The translations under genes were made by a program, and so were the position numbers. Shown here piece after piece: positions 28,484-43,354 of a stretch of 64,000 nt of DNA (position 1 is the first letter of the stretch; each line of letters begins with the position of its first letter). The notes under the pieces are model-generated. The model saw only the letters and a program-made list of their open reading frames with translations. It did no database searches and was not told the DNA's origin. This DNA comes from the human T2T-CHM13v2.0 reference genome, Homo sapiens. The DNA is taken from assembly GCF_009914755.1 (NCBI RefSeq), contig NC_060929.1. One strand, given 5' to 3'.

Positions 28484-31147
28484 GTACTTTTAAGAAGCCT
28501 CAGATAGTTGCTTTCAGTATTATCCAGAGTTTTTAATCAATGAGAAAGATATTTGTTGACTTCCTCCATCCTGGTGAGCACGGGAAGGTGGTGCCCATGA
28601 TTTTAATGAGAATGGGCTAAGGGAACTTGTGATACTTGTCTTGATTTTTTTTAAACCTTCATCTGAATTGATACAGGAGCATACTTCATGTCAGGTAAGA
28701 ATAAAAAAGGAAACAATTATTTGACACACCTTAATTAAGCACCTGCTAGGTGCCCGCTACTCTGGGAAAAGGCAACAGGGGTTCAACACATGGTCCCTGC
28801 TTTCGAGGGAGGCAACATCCACAGAAAGCATAGCCTATGTGAAAAAATACAAGACTGTACACAACTAAGGGCAAAAAAGATACAGAGAAAGGAAACAAGG
28901 TAAAAACTGGGGAATTAGAGGTGACACGGAGGCCGTTCAAGCCCCCAGCTAGACCTTGATGGAGAAGACAAGGCACTTTCCACCAGAGGGCAAGGGGATG
29001 GGGCGGGGTGATTATTATTCCAAAGTTGGCTTTGTACCTTTTTATTACACAGTGAGTTTGTTTTCCCAAAAGGAAAGAAAGAGACTGTTTCTAAGGGCAT
29101 TTGATCACTCCTGACCCTGTTCTTCCCTCGCCTTCTCTCAACGTGGTGGAAAAGTGTTTCCAGGACTTTGGTTCAGAGTGAGGACTGGAGGCCCAGCCAC
29201 ACTGGAGTGAGTCATGAGATCTTTCCTGGGGAGTCTTGAATTACCACATACAAAACTCTCAGTAACTGTCGGAACTCAGCTGGTTGCTGGTTTTGCTTGC
29301 ATGCTTTAGCTGCGTTAAAGCACTCGGTAGTTTATTTTTCATATTTTATTTGGGTTAATTCCTAAAAATCACAAAGGCAGCGCCTTCATGCTAGGACAGT
29401 ATCTATTATATCTTTTAAAATTTTGTTAAGTATTCAGGAAGGCTTTGCGTGGACTGCTCCTGTTAGAAGACAACCACAAAGCGGGGGAGGCCATGGGTAG
29501 AGCGGTTGCACAGATGGCAAGTGTAAGCAAATAGCGGCCAAGTCCATTGTGAAGTTTCACTTGCAGCTGTGTGGAAAATACCTATGCTGGTGACTCAATG
29601 TCTTTGGATTTCTAGCTTTAAATTACAGCAGAGAAGACTCATTTTCAAGTGCTGAGCATATAGGGAGACTGGCAAATGTGGGCCAGTTTTGAGCCCATCA
29701 GTTACCATACACTGCACTACAGAAGGATAATTAAAAGCAGGGGGAAGGGGGAAGTCTTGTGGTAATCAGGGCATCAAGCATGGTACCTGGACAGCTGGCA
29801 TGGCAACCAACCTGACAGCAATACTGTGTCTATTTCCAATAATAGAAATTTAGCTCCCTTCCAGTGTAGCTGTATGCTGGGGTCTTGATTTTCTTTTCTG
29901 GAATGAGGTGTGCGCAGATGCAACGTTAATGCTCACCTGGCCCATCAGAGTCACGTATAAATGGTCAGGCCAGTGACTGTATCATACTTGTGCCTCTCAC
30001 AGTTTTGTCTGGGAACTCTACCTTGTGTTGTAAAAGACCTTGTGTCCTCTGACCCCCCTCCCCCGACTTCCACTCTCCTCTTGGTCTGCCGCTGGGACTG
30101 TATTTTGTCGCTTATCTAACACAAAATAAACAGAACAATCTGGAGCTAATTTAAGTGGTTTACCATATCAGGATACAGCTGGGAAAGATTTTAAGAAAAG
30201 GCTCAACAGGAACAATAGCGCTGTGAAGTGGAGCAGCAGCGGAGAGCACAGGAAGGCAGTTTCAGGCAGCCTGGCAGACAGCTGTCAGCCACTCCAATAA
30301 CAATTCCTGCAGCCAATGAAAACGGGCAGGCTCTGTGCGGGCAGCCTGGCCGGAACACCAACAATGAAAACAAGGGATTAGAGAGCATTCTCAGTTAATG
30401 GCTTGAGTGTCAGGGCCACCAGTCTCCCGGGAGCCAGTGCTCCCAACCAGCAAGGACTGGAGAGGAACTGCAGATGAAACAACACTTCATTTCTCTACAA
30501 CACTGGCCAAGACTTTTTTTTTTTTTTTTGACATGCATGCATCCACGCTGGCTTTATCCTGACTTATGAATCCAGCAAGGCCCACAGAGGAACATCTGGT
30601 TTTGACATTAATTTCTTCTACTCTGCAGGATGGTTGGGTTTTTAACTCATTGGGGGCCTTTGGCTAGACCTTGAATTTCCTGGTGCAACTTGACAGAGGT
30701 GAGAGGGCTTGAGGGAGTTAAATAAAACTATGTGCTGCCCTTGAAAGGACTTGCAAATGCTTTATATATTAAACAAAGAAACTCCACTTGGATCAAGCTC
30801 TTGACAAAGATCCAACCAATTAGGTAAACGGTATAGTCTCGAAAGGCAGTGACATTTCATGCAAGGAATACTGAATTGGAAGCATGGAGACTTGGACTCT
30901 TGGTCTACTTCTGTCACTGCAAAAGGTTTCTGGGTCAAAGTTTCCTCACTTAGGACCATGTGCCCTTATCCTCTTCTTCATCATTTCATTTATGATATTA
31001 GCTTATGCTCACACATTTTTTTTTCCAGAGAGTACTTGACTTAGTAAAAATTTCCCTCTAACAACAGCAACTTTTGGGTTTATTATAAAGTAATTCCACA
31101 TGTTTAAGAATAACTTTAAAAAATAATCTGTGTCTGTGTTCTTAAGT

Positions 31148-32145
31148 TGTAGGGAAAAGAGAGAGAGATCAGACCATTACTGTCTCTATGTAGAAAGGGA
31201 AAGACATAAGAAACTCCATTTTGATCTGTACCCTGAACAATTGCTTTGCCCTGAGATGCTGTTAATCTGTAACTTTGCCCCAACCTTGAGCTCACAGAAA
31301 CATGTGTTGTATGGAATCAAGGTTTAAGGGATCTAGGGCTGTGTGGGATGTGCCTTGTTAACAAAATGTTTACAGGCAGTATGTTTGGTAAAAGTCATCG
31401 CCATTCTCCATTCTCGATAAACCAGGGGCACAATGCACTGCAGAAAGCCACAGGGACCTCTGCCCAGGAAAACTGGGTATTATCCAAGGTTTCTCCCCAT
31501 GTGATAGTCTGAAATATGGCCTTGTGGGATGGGAAAGACCTGACCATCCCCCCAGCCCGAGACCCGTGAAGGGTCTGTGCTGAGGAGGATTAGCAAAAGA
31601 GGAAGGCCTCTTGCAGTTGAGATAGAGGAAGGCCACTGTCTCCTGCCTGCCCCTGGGAACTGAATGTCTCGGTATAAAACCCGATTGTACATTTGTTCAA
31701 TTCTGAGATAGGAGAAAAGCCGCCCTGTGGCGGGAGGCGAGACATGTTGGCAGCAATGCTGCTCTGCTACTCTTTACTCCACTGAGATGTTTGGGTGGAG
31801 AGAAGCATAAATGTGGCCTACATGCACATCCAGGCATAGTACCTTCCCTTGAACTTATTTGTGACACAGATTCCTTTGCTCACATGTTTTCTTGCTGACC
31901 TTCTCCCCACTATCACCCTGTTCTCCTGCCGCATTCCTCTTGCTGAGATAGTGAAAATAGTAATCAATAAATACTGAGGAAACCCGGGGACCGGTGCCGG
32001 TGCAGGTCCTCTGTATGCTAAGCACCGGTCTCCTGGGCCCGCTGTTCTTTCTCTATACTTTGTCTCTGTGTCTTATTTCTTTTCTCAGTCTCTCGTCCCA
32101 CCCGATGAGAAATACCCACAGGTGTGGAGGGGCTGGCCCCCTTCA
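31148..32145 (+). mobile_element. HERV-K (HML-2) solo LTR, LTR5A/LTR5B type, 998 bp
   Basis: tgtagggaaaagagagagagatcagac…ggtgtggaggggctggcccccttca; TATA box tataaaa at 31673-31679; AATAAA at 31966-31971; 6-bp TSD ttaagt/taaagt. Confidence 0.93.
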
Positions 32146-32549
32146 TAAAGTAAGAAGAATGTCATCTGAAGGTCCAATAAAAATAAACAAATGAAGAAGT
32201 AGAAATTAATGTTGTATTAGTCACTGCCCCATCTATTGTTACATCACATCATAATACATCATTGAAATAGCATTGATTATTAAAGTTTCCATGATAATAG
32301 AATGTAAGACTAAATTTTCAGTGTAAAAATAAGAGAGATATGGATAGGTCTTCTAAAAGCAGAAAAGAAGATGAAAACTTCTAAAGGATAAAAAGATGGG
32401 TAGGATTGGGAAATATCCCCTTTAGAAATAGAACATCTCTTCTATTTCTAGACCAAGTAAGTTCAGACAACGATTACTTCAAAAATATCTGAGCACACTA
32501 AAAAAATTTTTAAAAATCCAACTATCTGAAAATATAAAATCTCTCTAGA

Positions 32550-32725
32550 ACAGCTCTCAAGCAATAGTGTGTCGAATCACCTAGAAGTCTTGTGAAAACA
32601 GACTGCTGGGAACCATCTCCAGAGCTTCTGGTCCAGAAAGGGGCCTGAGAATTTGCCTTTCTAACAAGTTTCCAGGTGATAGTGATATTGCTGCTCCTGG
32701 GACCATACTTAGAGAACTATTGCTC
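32550..32725 (+). mobile_element. MER5A (hAT-Charlie)
   Basis: gaatcacctagaag…ggcctgagaatttgcctttctaacaagtttccaggtgat…gaccatacttagagaac; strand uncertain. Confidence 0.8.
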
Positions 32726-33107
32726 CAGAAAGAGATTTAATAGCTAATACAATAAAGTCAAGTGATCTTACTCTGTATTTTTGTTGTTGTTGTTCTTTTA
32801 AATCAACAAAAGTGATTCAAGTGTCAAGTGTGGTTGAATGGTGAGAATGAAAAAATAAGCAAAAAACGAAGGGGTATTGAATCAGTGCAGAATAGTCAGA
32901 AGTCACACACAGAGAAAATGGATGTATTTTACCTTTGGTGAGGAGTAAATTATAAAAGGACTGTAGCTACTTTCTGAAAGGTAAAATTGTCCTGACTCAA
33001 GGATGAAAAGGTATGTCAAAGGGGAATGTTTTATAATAATGAGTCCCTGGGTCTAGACCTGATACCAGTGGTTCTCATCCTGGCTACATTATAGAATTAC
33101 TTGGGCA

Positions 33108-33372
33108 CACTTTGGGAGGCCAACGCAGATGGATCATCTGAGGTCAGGAGTTTGAGACCAGCCTGGCCAACATGGTGAAACCCCGTCTCTACTAAAAATA
33201 CAAAAATTAGCCGGGTGTGGTGGTGCACGCCTGTAATTCCAGCTACTCAGGAGGCTGAGGCACTAGAATCGCTTGAAACCAGGAGGCGGAGGTTGCAGTG
33301 AGCTCAGATCGCACAACTGCACTCCAGCCTGGGGAACAGAGTGAGACTCCCTCTAAAAAAAAAAAAAAAAAA
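33108..33372 (+). mobile_element. 5'-truncated AluSx inserted into a MER5-like relic (~33066-33450)
   Basis: Begins at cactttgggagg; TSD agaattacttgggca/agaataacttgggca. Confidence 0.9.
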
Positions 33373-34878
33373 AGAATAACTTGGGCAATTAGAAACTTGA
33401 AAGGGGGCTTTCCGGGTGATTTCCAAGTACAGAGAAGATTATGAACCTGCCTACAAGGTGTTCTACTCTGCAGAAAAGATGAAGTGTTGAATCACAAAGA
33501 GACGAGAGACACAGCTTTCTATGGATGGTGATTTTAATTCCCATGACTGGACCACAGAATCTCAATACAAAGACAATGAGGTCAAGATAGATTAAATGAT
33601 ATGCAAGAGGCTGTACAGCTAGTTAGGGGCAAATCCACTATTAAACCTCTTTTCCTGAAGCCCATCCAAATTTCTGTCTACCATATTATTTGACTGAATT
33701 TGCAATAATAATTTTAAAAATAGAAAAAAGGTGGTATTTGGGGAGAATCTAAAATAGAGATCTCAGTACACAACAGTAAGGTCAATTATCACATTGGAGA
33801 TTCCAGTGTTTTCAATCAAAATATCCACTATAAGAAACTAAGAAGTCAACACAGGCTTTCATCAATTCTGAAACTACCTCTAATGTAAACAGAGCTTTCA
33901 CTATCTACAAGCCAAGTGGTTCCAGTGAGGTTGGTTACTGACGTTATTGTAGTACACAAAAGCCATGGGAAATTGAAGCATAAGGAAAAAGAGAGAAGAT
34001 GGCCTACAGTGATGTTGTCTGGCAACCTTAAGAGATCACAGGCAGGCTCTTCTCCAGCAAGCTGTTTCTCATACTCCATCAACGATATCAACATATTGCA
34101 CTGGGAGAGGTTTGCCAGAAGGAAAGTGAGGTCATGGAGTGATTTGGTGAAGCCCACAGCTCGTCTGTAACTCAGCCTACTTTATGGGACTCAAAGTGAA
34201 TTAAAACTACATTTTAAAAGCTGTGTCTTCCACCTGGTTCTCCTCACTGTTTTTGGCTAGCAGGAAAAGGGCCTGTCAGTTTTATCTGTAGGAGGTAAAA
34301 AGGAACAGCACATTTCAGGGAAAAGCAAATAAACATATTTGCTGCGGTGGTTTCAGGTTTACCAATGCAGCAGGTGGGTCAGGAAGCACAGCACTGATCC
34401 CAATCACTGCAACATTAACATTTTGCTCAACCAAACATGATGTCACATGGCCCATGAGAAAGCATGTTTTGAGCTCATAATATGAAATAGAGGTCAGACA
34501 GGAGCTTCTCCCCCATGTGACCAACGCATCTACATTTTACAGGAATTTCTTCCTCTTGGGATCAATTCACAATACCTCTATCCATTTCCATGTCTTGATA
34601 AAAACCAAATAGAAAATCAGAAATTATTTTTAAAGCAGCTTTGCTGAAAGAATATTCAAGGCATTAGAAAGAAAGAATCAATATATCATTTTGATCACTT
34701 AAAAGCTTTTTTTCATGGTTACTCAAAACCCACGCAGAGCTAGGAGATAGGGCTCATTAAATCAGAGGGATTCTGGAAGACCATTTCCTGGTCAGCTGGA
34801 GCAATGTTGCCTGCACCAGTCCTATCCCTAACAGCCAAAAACTGTGATGAGAACCAGGCTTTTAAAATGTAGTTTTAA

Positions 34879-35186
<308 letters not shown>

Positions 35187-35726
35187 TTAATTCGCTTTTG
35201 AGTTTCATAAAGTAGGCCAAGTTACAGACAAATGCAGCAGTGTGAGGTAGACTTTCTATTTTTCCTATCCTGTTGTGTGATGGAACTTACTTATTTCTTT
35301 TGATTCTCAGGTTTCTCATGCTATAATTAAACACAAATGTGGCTCCTATCATTTTATTTTACAAAAGTGAGTTAGAGCCTCTTAATCCATATTTCAATAT
35401 AGGCTCAGTGTTACATATTTGTGTTTGGAGCTGAAATCCACAGACCTGCCAGCTTAGTGCATCACAATTATTCTCTGCTACTATGTGTACATGTTTATAC
35501 CAAAGTATAAAGGTACCCAAGATTTCAGCTGGGGGAAAAAAAATTTCTTTGCTAGCTGTAGTCACCTCAATAATGATTTCTTAAGATGACTGCTATTGTT
35601 AAAACTCATGTTTTTAAAAAAATTTTTAGTGTCAGAAAAATTTTCACTATAAAAGGTTAAATATTTACCTTAGGAGTAGAATAATAATAATTCACATTTT
35701 CCTCTTTATACCTTTCAATACCATGA

Positions 35727-36073
<347 letters not shown>

Positions 36074-36450
36074 TAAAATTAATGAACAAATAATAAGGAT
36101 TTCTTTCAAAAGCTGACTTTAAATCTAAAATCATGTGGTTTATTATACAATAAAGTCTAATCTGGTAATCCAAAAGTTAGAAAGTATTATTTTAAATATT
36201 AATTTACAAAGAAGAAAGAAATGAACTAGGAAGTACTACCTTGTTTTACAGAGAAAAGTAACATTTCAGAGTCTATTATTTAACAATATAAAAGAAAACA
36301 AGCCCTTAATGTGACCACCAATCCTTCTCAATGCCACACCTTGTTGGACAGAATGGCCCACGTATCAGAATGGAGCAGCCCAACAAATACTCAGAGCCAT
36401 CAGATGATGCCAAGGATACCTCATTATTCGTTTTATTTCATGAAAGTCTT

Positions 36451-36724
36451 TGTTTTTGAGACAGAGTCTCGCTCTGTCACTCAGGCTGGCGTGCATGATC
36501 TCAGCTCACTACAATCTCCGCCAGGTTCAAGCGATTCTCCTGCCTCAGCCTCCCGAGTAGCTGGGACTACAGGTACCTGCCACCACGCCCAGCTAATTTT
36601 TCTGTTTTCAGTAGAGGCAGGGTTTGGTCATGTTGGCCAGGCTGTTCTTTAACTCTGGCTCAAGTGACCTGCCTTGGCCTCCCAAAGTGCTGGGATTTAT
36701 AGGTGGTAGCCACCACACCTGGCC
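36451..36724 (-). mobile_element. AluS with small deletions and a short tail
   Basis: 13-bp TSD tcatgaaagtctt at 36438-36450 and 36725-36737. Confidence 0.9.
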
Positions 36725-37385
36725 TCATGAAAGTCTTCTTATGGACATTAAACGTTCCTATTATTTTTCTAGTAATTTGCCAGGCAATGGGCTACTTTCT
36801 TTAGTTTTTGAGCTTGCTCCTTGTTCCTTATGTGTGTATTTTTGCCTAGAAGAGACATAATTCAATTCTGGCAGAAACTTTCCCTTTTGTCAAACAAATC
36901 TGGTTTTCACTATCAATGCGCAATCAGCTTGGTTTCTGCTTCCCAGTCATTTCCTGGATACCTTTTTGAGTTATTTGATAATTACTTGACCAAGAACTAC
37001 TGCTGCCACCTCTAATCAATTAAAATTGACACAATTTCTAGGCCCTTGGCTTTTTTTTTTTCTTGAAGTTTCATCAGTCATGACCTTAGGACCTTTCTGA
37101 GCTGCATTGATACCGTAACTAAAAGGAAAACAAGTGATTCCAGGAAAAGACTATCTGCATTGAGGATCGTGATTAGGAAAGCACTTTGTTAATGTCAGTC
37201 GAAGGCAAGCTAACTCTACACACTAAAAGAAAAGATGTCCTACAGGCAATAATGAGAAAGGTCAAATAGGCTTTCTACTAAATATGGATACTACATTAAT
37301 TTGGGGAAAAAAAGAAAAGGAGAGTGAGGGTATGAATAAGAAGGTAAAATGGAAGCTAACACCAACCAGATCTAAGTGGACACTA

Positions 37386-37729
37386 CAGGTTGAATACTCC
37401 TTGTCCAAAACACTTGGGACCAGAAGTGTTTGGGATTTAAAATTTTTTTTGTGGGATATTTGCATATACATAATGATACATCTTGGGGCTGGGATCAAAT
37501 CTAAACACAAAATTCATTTATGTTTCATATACACATAGCCTGAAGGTAATTTTATACAATATTTTAAATAATTTTGTGCATGAAACAAAGTTTGACTGCA
37601 TTTTGAATGCGACTAGTCAAAGAAGGTCACGTGTGGAACCTTCCACTTGTGGCATCATATCGGCTCAAGAAGTTCCAGATTTGGGAGCATTTCAGATGGT
37701 GGATTTTCAGGTTAGGGATGCTCATCCTG
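37386..37729. mobile_element. Tigger4b (Zombi)-like TcMar DNA transposon
   Basis: TIRs caggttgaatactcc…gggatgctcatcctg with TA duplication on both sides; aaatctaaacacaaaattcatttatgtttcatatac interior. Confidence 0.85.
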
Positions 37730-38609
37730 TATAGCCTTTATGTAGTCTTAGTTTGTGTCTTCATTAATGCTCTGAGATTAGCATTTATTACAAGTCTTCC
37801 TTAAGATCAATGATTCATTGTAAAATTACTGAAGTTCTGGATGAATATAATGTGGTAAGCGCGTATGACTTCCATAAAATCCAAAATATCCAAGATACTT
37901 ACATCTCATATGTGAACAGCTGATAATAATTACACACTCTACCTTACATTTCTTTTAAGGCTCTCAGCAGGCGGTCTATGACAGCTTCCCATGCAAGTTC
38001 TAAGGCAAGATAAGAGACAAAGCTGTGGCCAGGTGCCCTGACTACGGAAAGAAAGAGAAAAAAGGCCCAGAAATCTTCCCTGGCCTGTTCCAGTCCAGAA
38101 GAAAGGAGACTGGGCCTGGGCACACAGACAAACTGTCTTTAGTTTAAAGAGGAGAACAGACTTTATCAGATTTCAGGGTTAATGTGGTAAAACACTAAAC
38201 TTGCCTGTCTTCCGGGAAAATGCACGTAGAACAAGAGGTCACTGAGATGAGGACCCCTGGGAATCCTACCTCAAGACCCTCTGTTTCCTTCCCATCCCCA
38301 AAGACATCTTTCTCTTATTGATAAAAACAGAAAGATAAGAAGGAAGCTACAACATCAATTTGTTCTGCAGATTAAATGTTACATTAATGCCAAGTTTTCT
38401 CCTTGAGATTTATCATTTTCTTATTAAGTTGTATCATTTATCATGTCCTAAAAGCAATACAAGTGTGTAAGAAAATCAGGAATGGAGCAAAGAATGAGAC
38501 AAAGGTTTAGTAAGTGGAGGTTGTTATTCATTCTTGGGGGGATCTTTTTGGCCTGTTTCTACCAGTAATTATAAACACATAGATACACACACACATGTAT
38601 TTCAATGTC

Positions 38610-38950
38610 AAACTTTAAATTACCAACTTGCTATGTGCCAAGCACAGGGAATGATATAGTGGTGAACAAGACAGACAAGGCCCCTGCTCCTATAAAGCTG
38701 AATTCTGGTGAAGGAGACAGGTGATAAATAAGGAAAGCAAATAATAAACGTTGAGAGAATTCCCACTGTGGTGAGTGCCAGGACAGAAACCAAACACTGT
38801 GATGGGGCAGACCATGAGGGAAAAGGGAGAGGGTGCAGAAGATAGAGGAGTTGACTTCTGAGCTGAGAATTAAAATGACCAGGAGTCAACCCTGTCAGGT
38901 CAGGATGAAGAGAGCTCTAGGCAGAGGAAGCTCAAGTTCAAAGGCCCTCT
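38610..38950 (-). mobile_element. L2 fragment
   Basis: ctatgtgccaagcac…gtgaacaagacagacaaggcccctgctcct. Confidence 0.75.
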
Positions 38951-39268
38951 CTAATACAGTATTAGGTAGTTGGATACATTGTGCCAAAGTTCCTTTTAAA
39001 CTACAGACTATATTCTATATTCCTATAGTTGTCTGTTGTCAAGAAAAACTTAAGCTAAATGCATAAAGCACAAAGGAACGTCAACTCAAATTTTATGATT
39101 ATCATTACTTCTCTCTCATTATCTGTATAACCCACCTACTTAATTTTATTGAAATTTATTTATCTGATAGGATACATGCCCATCTGAAGTCATTTTTTTT
39201 TCTTTTTTGTCTGAGCATACGCATTTTTCTCAATTAAATCACTGGTTTTTTAAAATGCAATTGTGTTT

Positions 39269-39678
<410 letters not shown>

Positions 39679-40312
39679 TAGAAACTTATAAGAGAACAGA
39701 CCAAGAGACAGACACAACTCAAACAGTCACCACACTTCCTTACGCTGGCTCATCAGCATCATGAGACAGGCTTTCAACCCTAAAGACAATTCATTCTAGT
39801 TTTTAACTATAAATTTGACTGAGGTGTAGAAAATAGATGTATTAGTAAATAGGCTTATTGTTTCTCTTAGGAATTGTATTGTCTTCTAAATACAGCAACT
39901 AAATATTTGACATGTAATTTTATAGTTAATATATCTGCACATTAGGGATTTCTGATGGCACTATTACATACATATTAAAACCACTACTCTTAATGCTTCT
40001 GTTAGCTGAAGTCAGAAGCTTTAGGAAGGCAACACATTGTGAGGTTTTTTTATTAAGTTATTTTCTACGTGGAATTAAACTTTATAGAAACTTTTCAGGG
40101 ATGTTTTAATTCAGTTCATTGCAGACTGTATCAAATTTTATTTCAAGGGACTTTCTTACACTGAAAAAAATAAATTCCTTATTTTAGAATAGTTTTAGAT
40201 ATACAGAAATGTTGCAGAAAGTTTCCATATGCCCCAAGCCCAGTTTTCTCTATTGCTAACAACTGACATTAGTCTCATAAATTTTAAGTGGCAAAAATCT
40301 CAATATCATGTG

Positions 40313-40345
40313 CACACACACACACACACACACATGCATGCACAA
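40313..40345. repeat. (CA)n microsatellite
   Basis: Direct reading. Confidence 0.85.
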
Positions 40346-41222
40346 ATACACATCTAAAGAACTTTCAACCCAACATGGTATTTCTGAAACTTAGAAACTT
40401 TCAAGACCTCTTCTTAATGCCTGATTTTCTAAAATGTTAGAATAACAGTGATTTATTAAATTAAGTAACTCTTCTTCAGACATTTTTAGAGTCAAAGCAA
40501 TTTTTATCAAAAGGTCACTACCAAATAATTAGCTAATTAGCAAGAACATTTTTTTCTCAGTTCAAAAAGTAATTAGAAATTATAACCATGAAGGGGTGCT
40601 AATTGGGTTTTCACAGAAGCATTAAGTGCCTGAACATTTTTTTCATTTGTTTCACCCCTCTGCCGATGAAAGTTACCGTGATTAATCCTTTCTCTTCTGC
40701 ATGACAACAGCAACATAAAATGCTGCAGTTGAGTACTGGTAATAGAGGATAAGGAACAGAGTCAATTAAGATTTGGGATTTTCCATAAGTGTGAGATTTC
40801 CTATTGATTGGCTACAATTTCAATACAGGAAGCTAGGAACCCCACTCTCCAATCTGAGAGAAGAAGGTGGAGTTGCAGAGAGAATGGAGCTCAATATTCC
40901 CTCGTGGGCTCACCTGCTGTGACTTTATACAGCATGTTAGCTGATGTTCCGGTGAACCTGTGACCCACACTGGAGAATGATCATGACAGGGCAAGCTGTG
41001 GGGACCACATAGTCCTTATTCCATTAATGTCTGCTTACCACAAACATCAGCGCACTTGCAACATCCCCGTGGTTCTTGAATGTGGAGAAGCTGCCAGTGC
41101 CAGTAGCTAGCCTGGGATTGGACTTCAGGCAGAGTTCATGTATGATCCAAATACCCAAGTTTGGTCAAGTTTGATTCACTTTTGTGTGCTTAGTGTGCAG
41201 CCCTGCATTGAGGAACCACTGA

Positions 41223-41564
<342 letters not shown>

Positions 41565-41981
41565 TGAGAGAATAATTTTCTAATAGATGAAGAAGTAAAG
41601 CGTTCACTTACCCTAAAAGAACTGCAGAGATTTTGAGTGATACATACCTCTAGAAGCCCAGGAATCAAGGGCTTTCCAATAAGGCAAACACAAAGCTCTC
41701 ATCTGAATTCAGAGCACTGGCTGGTTTGCACAGAGCACTGGCTGCTAAGTGCCCAGACTCCTGTTTGGCAAGCCAGTGTCCTAGGGAGCATGAATGCATT
41801 TTCAGGGAAAAAAAAGGCCAGCTTCACATCCAAACCCCCAAGAGATAGGAGGAGGGAATTTGGACAGAGGAGCCACCTGTTACAAATGAATTCCAGAAAG
41901 GGTAACAAGTGTGTTCTCTGAGAAAAGAAATTGGGTGGCTGGAGGGAGGCAGACTTACTTTTCATTCAGATGCTCTTGTCA

Positions 41982-42160
<179 letters not shown>

Positions 42161-42469
42161 TTATTATTTAAAAGTGAACTCTGGATGAAGTCATTTATCT
42201 GGAATAAGACTACTGTGCAGTCATCTGAGCAACACTTCAAACAGGAGACAGGATGGAAGTCAGGGGTAGAAAGATACACTGTGAGACTTAGGTCTTAGTG
42301 GTCCTCTACCCTGCTAGCTACAGGCCATACCTGCGGCGGGTTATCAGAACCCTCAGAAGGCAATAAGGCTGGGACAGCAGTGGGGGACACACCTCCACCA
42401 CAGGGGATGGGGTGAGCATCCCTCGGCACCTGGACTCTTGTCCCCATGAGCTCTGCACATCTGGTGATC

Positions 42470-43025
42470 TGACTCCTAAAACCATTCCTCTGTGCTTCAG
42501 CTCCTCATAGATCACCATCAGAAGTCCTTACAGCCAGAACCTCTGGCTCACATTGAGATCTGGCTCTCCCCAGAGGACAACTGCTTCCTCTGCAGCCTTG
42601 TTGCTTGTTACTGCACTTCCTAACTTTTTCCCACCCTCCTTTCTAACTGCTGCCCCGCCAGGTTAGAAGCCCATGCTATCAGACTATACTACTTGATTAC
42701 AGGGATTTACAAACTCCTGGATCAGACCTGCCAGGAGTTTGTAGATTCTCTTTTGAAGATTTTAAGACCTAACATCCTATCAGTCTCTCCACTCTCTCAT
42801 AAACCTTGATGAATTCAAAACTGACACAGATGATCTTTCCCAAAACCTGGACGCTCAATGACCTGTCCTTTTCTCCTTCCATGATCTAAATTTCCACTCT
42901 GCTAAAGAAACTCAATCCCAGAGTTGTATCCTAGATCTTAAGATTATAAATATTTGCAAACCCTCCACAATCTCAGTTTCAAGTCTCACTCTCCAATGAC
43001 CACCAACCATCTTCCAGCTCACTTC
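42470..43025 (+). mobile_element. L2 internal fragment
   Basis: gagatctggctctccccagaggac…, ccctccacaatctcagtttcaagt…tgaccaccaacc resemble L2 ORF2; bounds approximate. Confidence 0.5.
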
Positions 43026-43031
43026 CTTTAG

Positions 43032-43354
43032 AGCTGAGCTGTTCAAAACAATACCCACTGGGCACATGCGGCTAGAAATGTGGCTAGTCTGAATTGAGGT
43101 GTTCTGTAAGTATAAAATACACAACAGACTGTGCGTGTGTGTGTGTGTATACACACACATATATGTGTATGTACATACATATGTATGTGTATATATGTGT
43201 GTGTAAAAGACTGTAAAACATCTCATCAATAACTTTTTATATTGATTATAAATTGAAATAATATTTTGGATATACGGAATATCTAATTACTAAAATTAAT
43301 TTCACGTGTTTCTTTTTAGTTTTTTAATGTGGCTATTTAAAATTACATATGTGG
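43032..43354. mobile_element. MER33-like hAT relic with (TG)n/(TA)n at 43130-43204; one end missing
   Basis: gaaatgtggctagtctgaattgag…taaaattaatttcac…ttaaaattacatatgtgg. Confidence 0.75.

Noticed and set aside
41710-41745. Short direct repeat cagagcactggctg x2
   Set aside because: Simple local duplication with no further structure.
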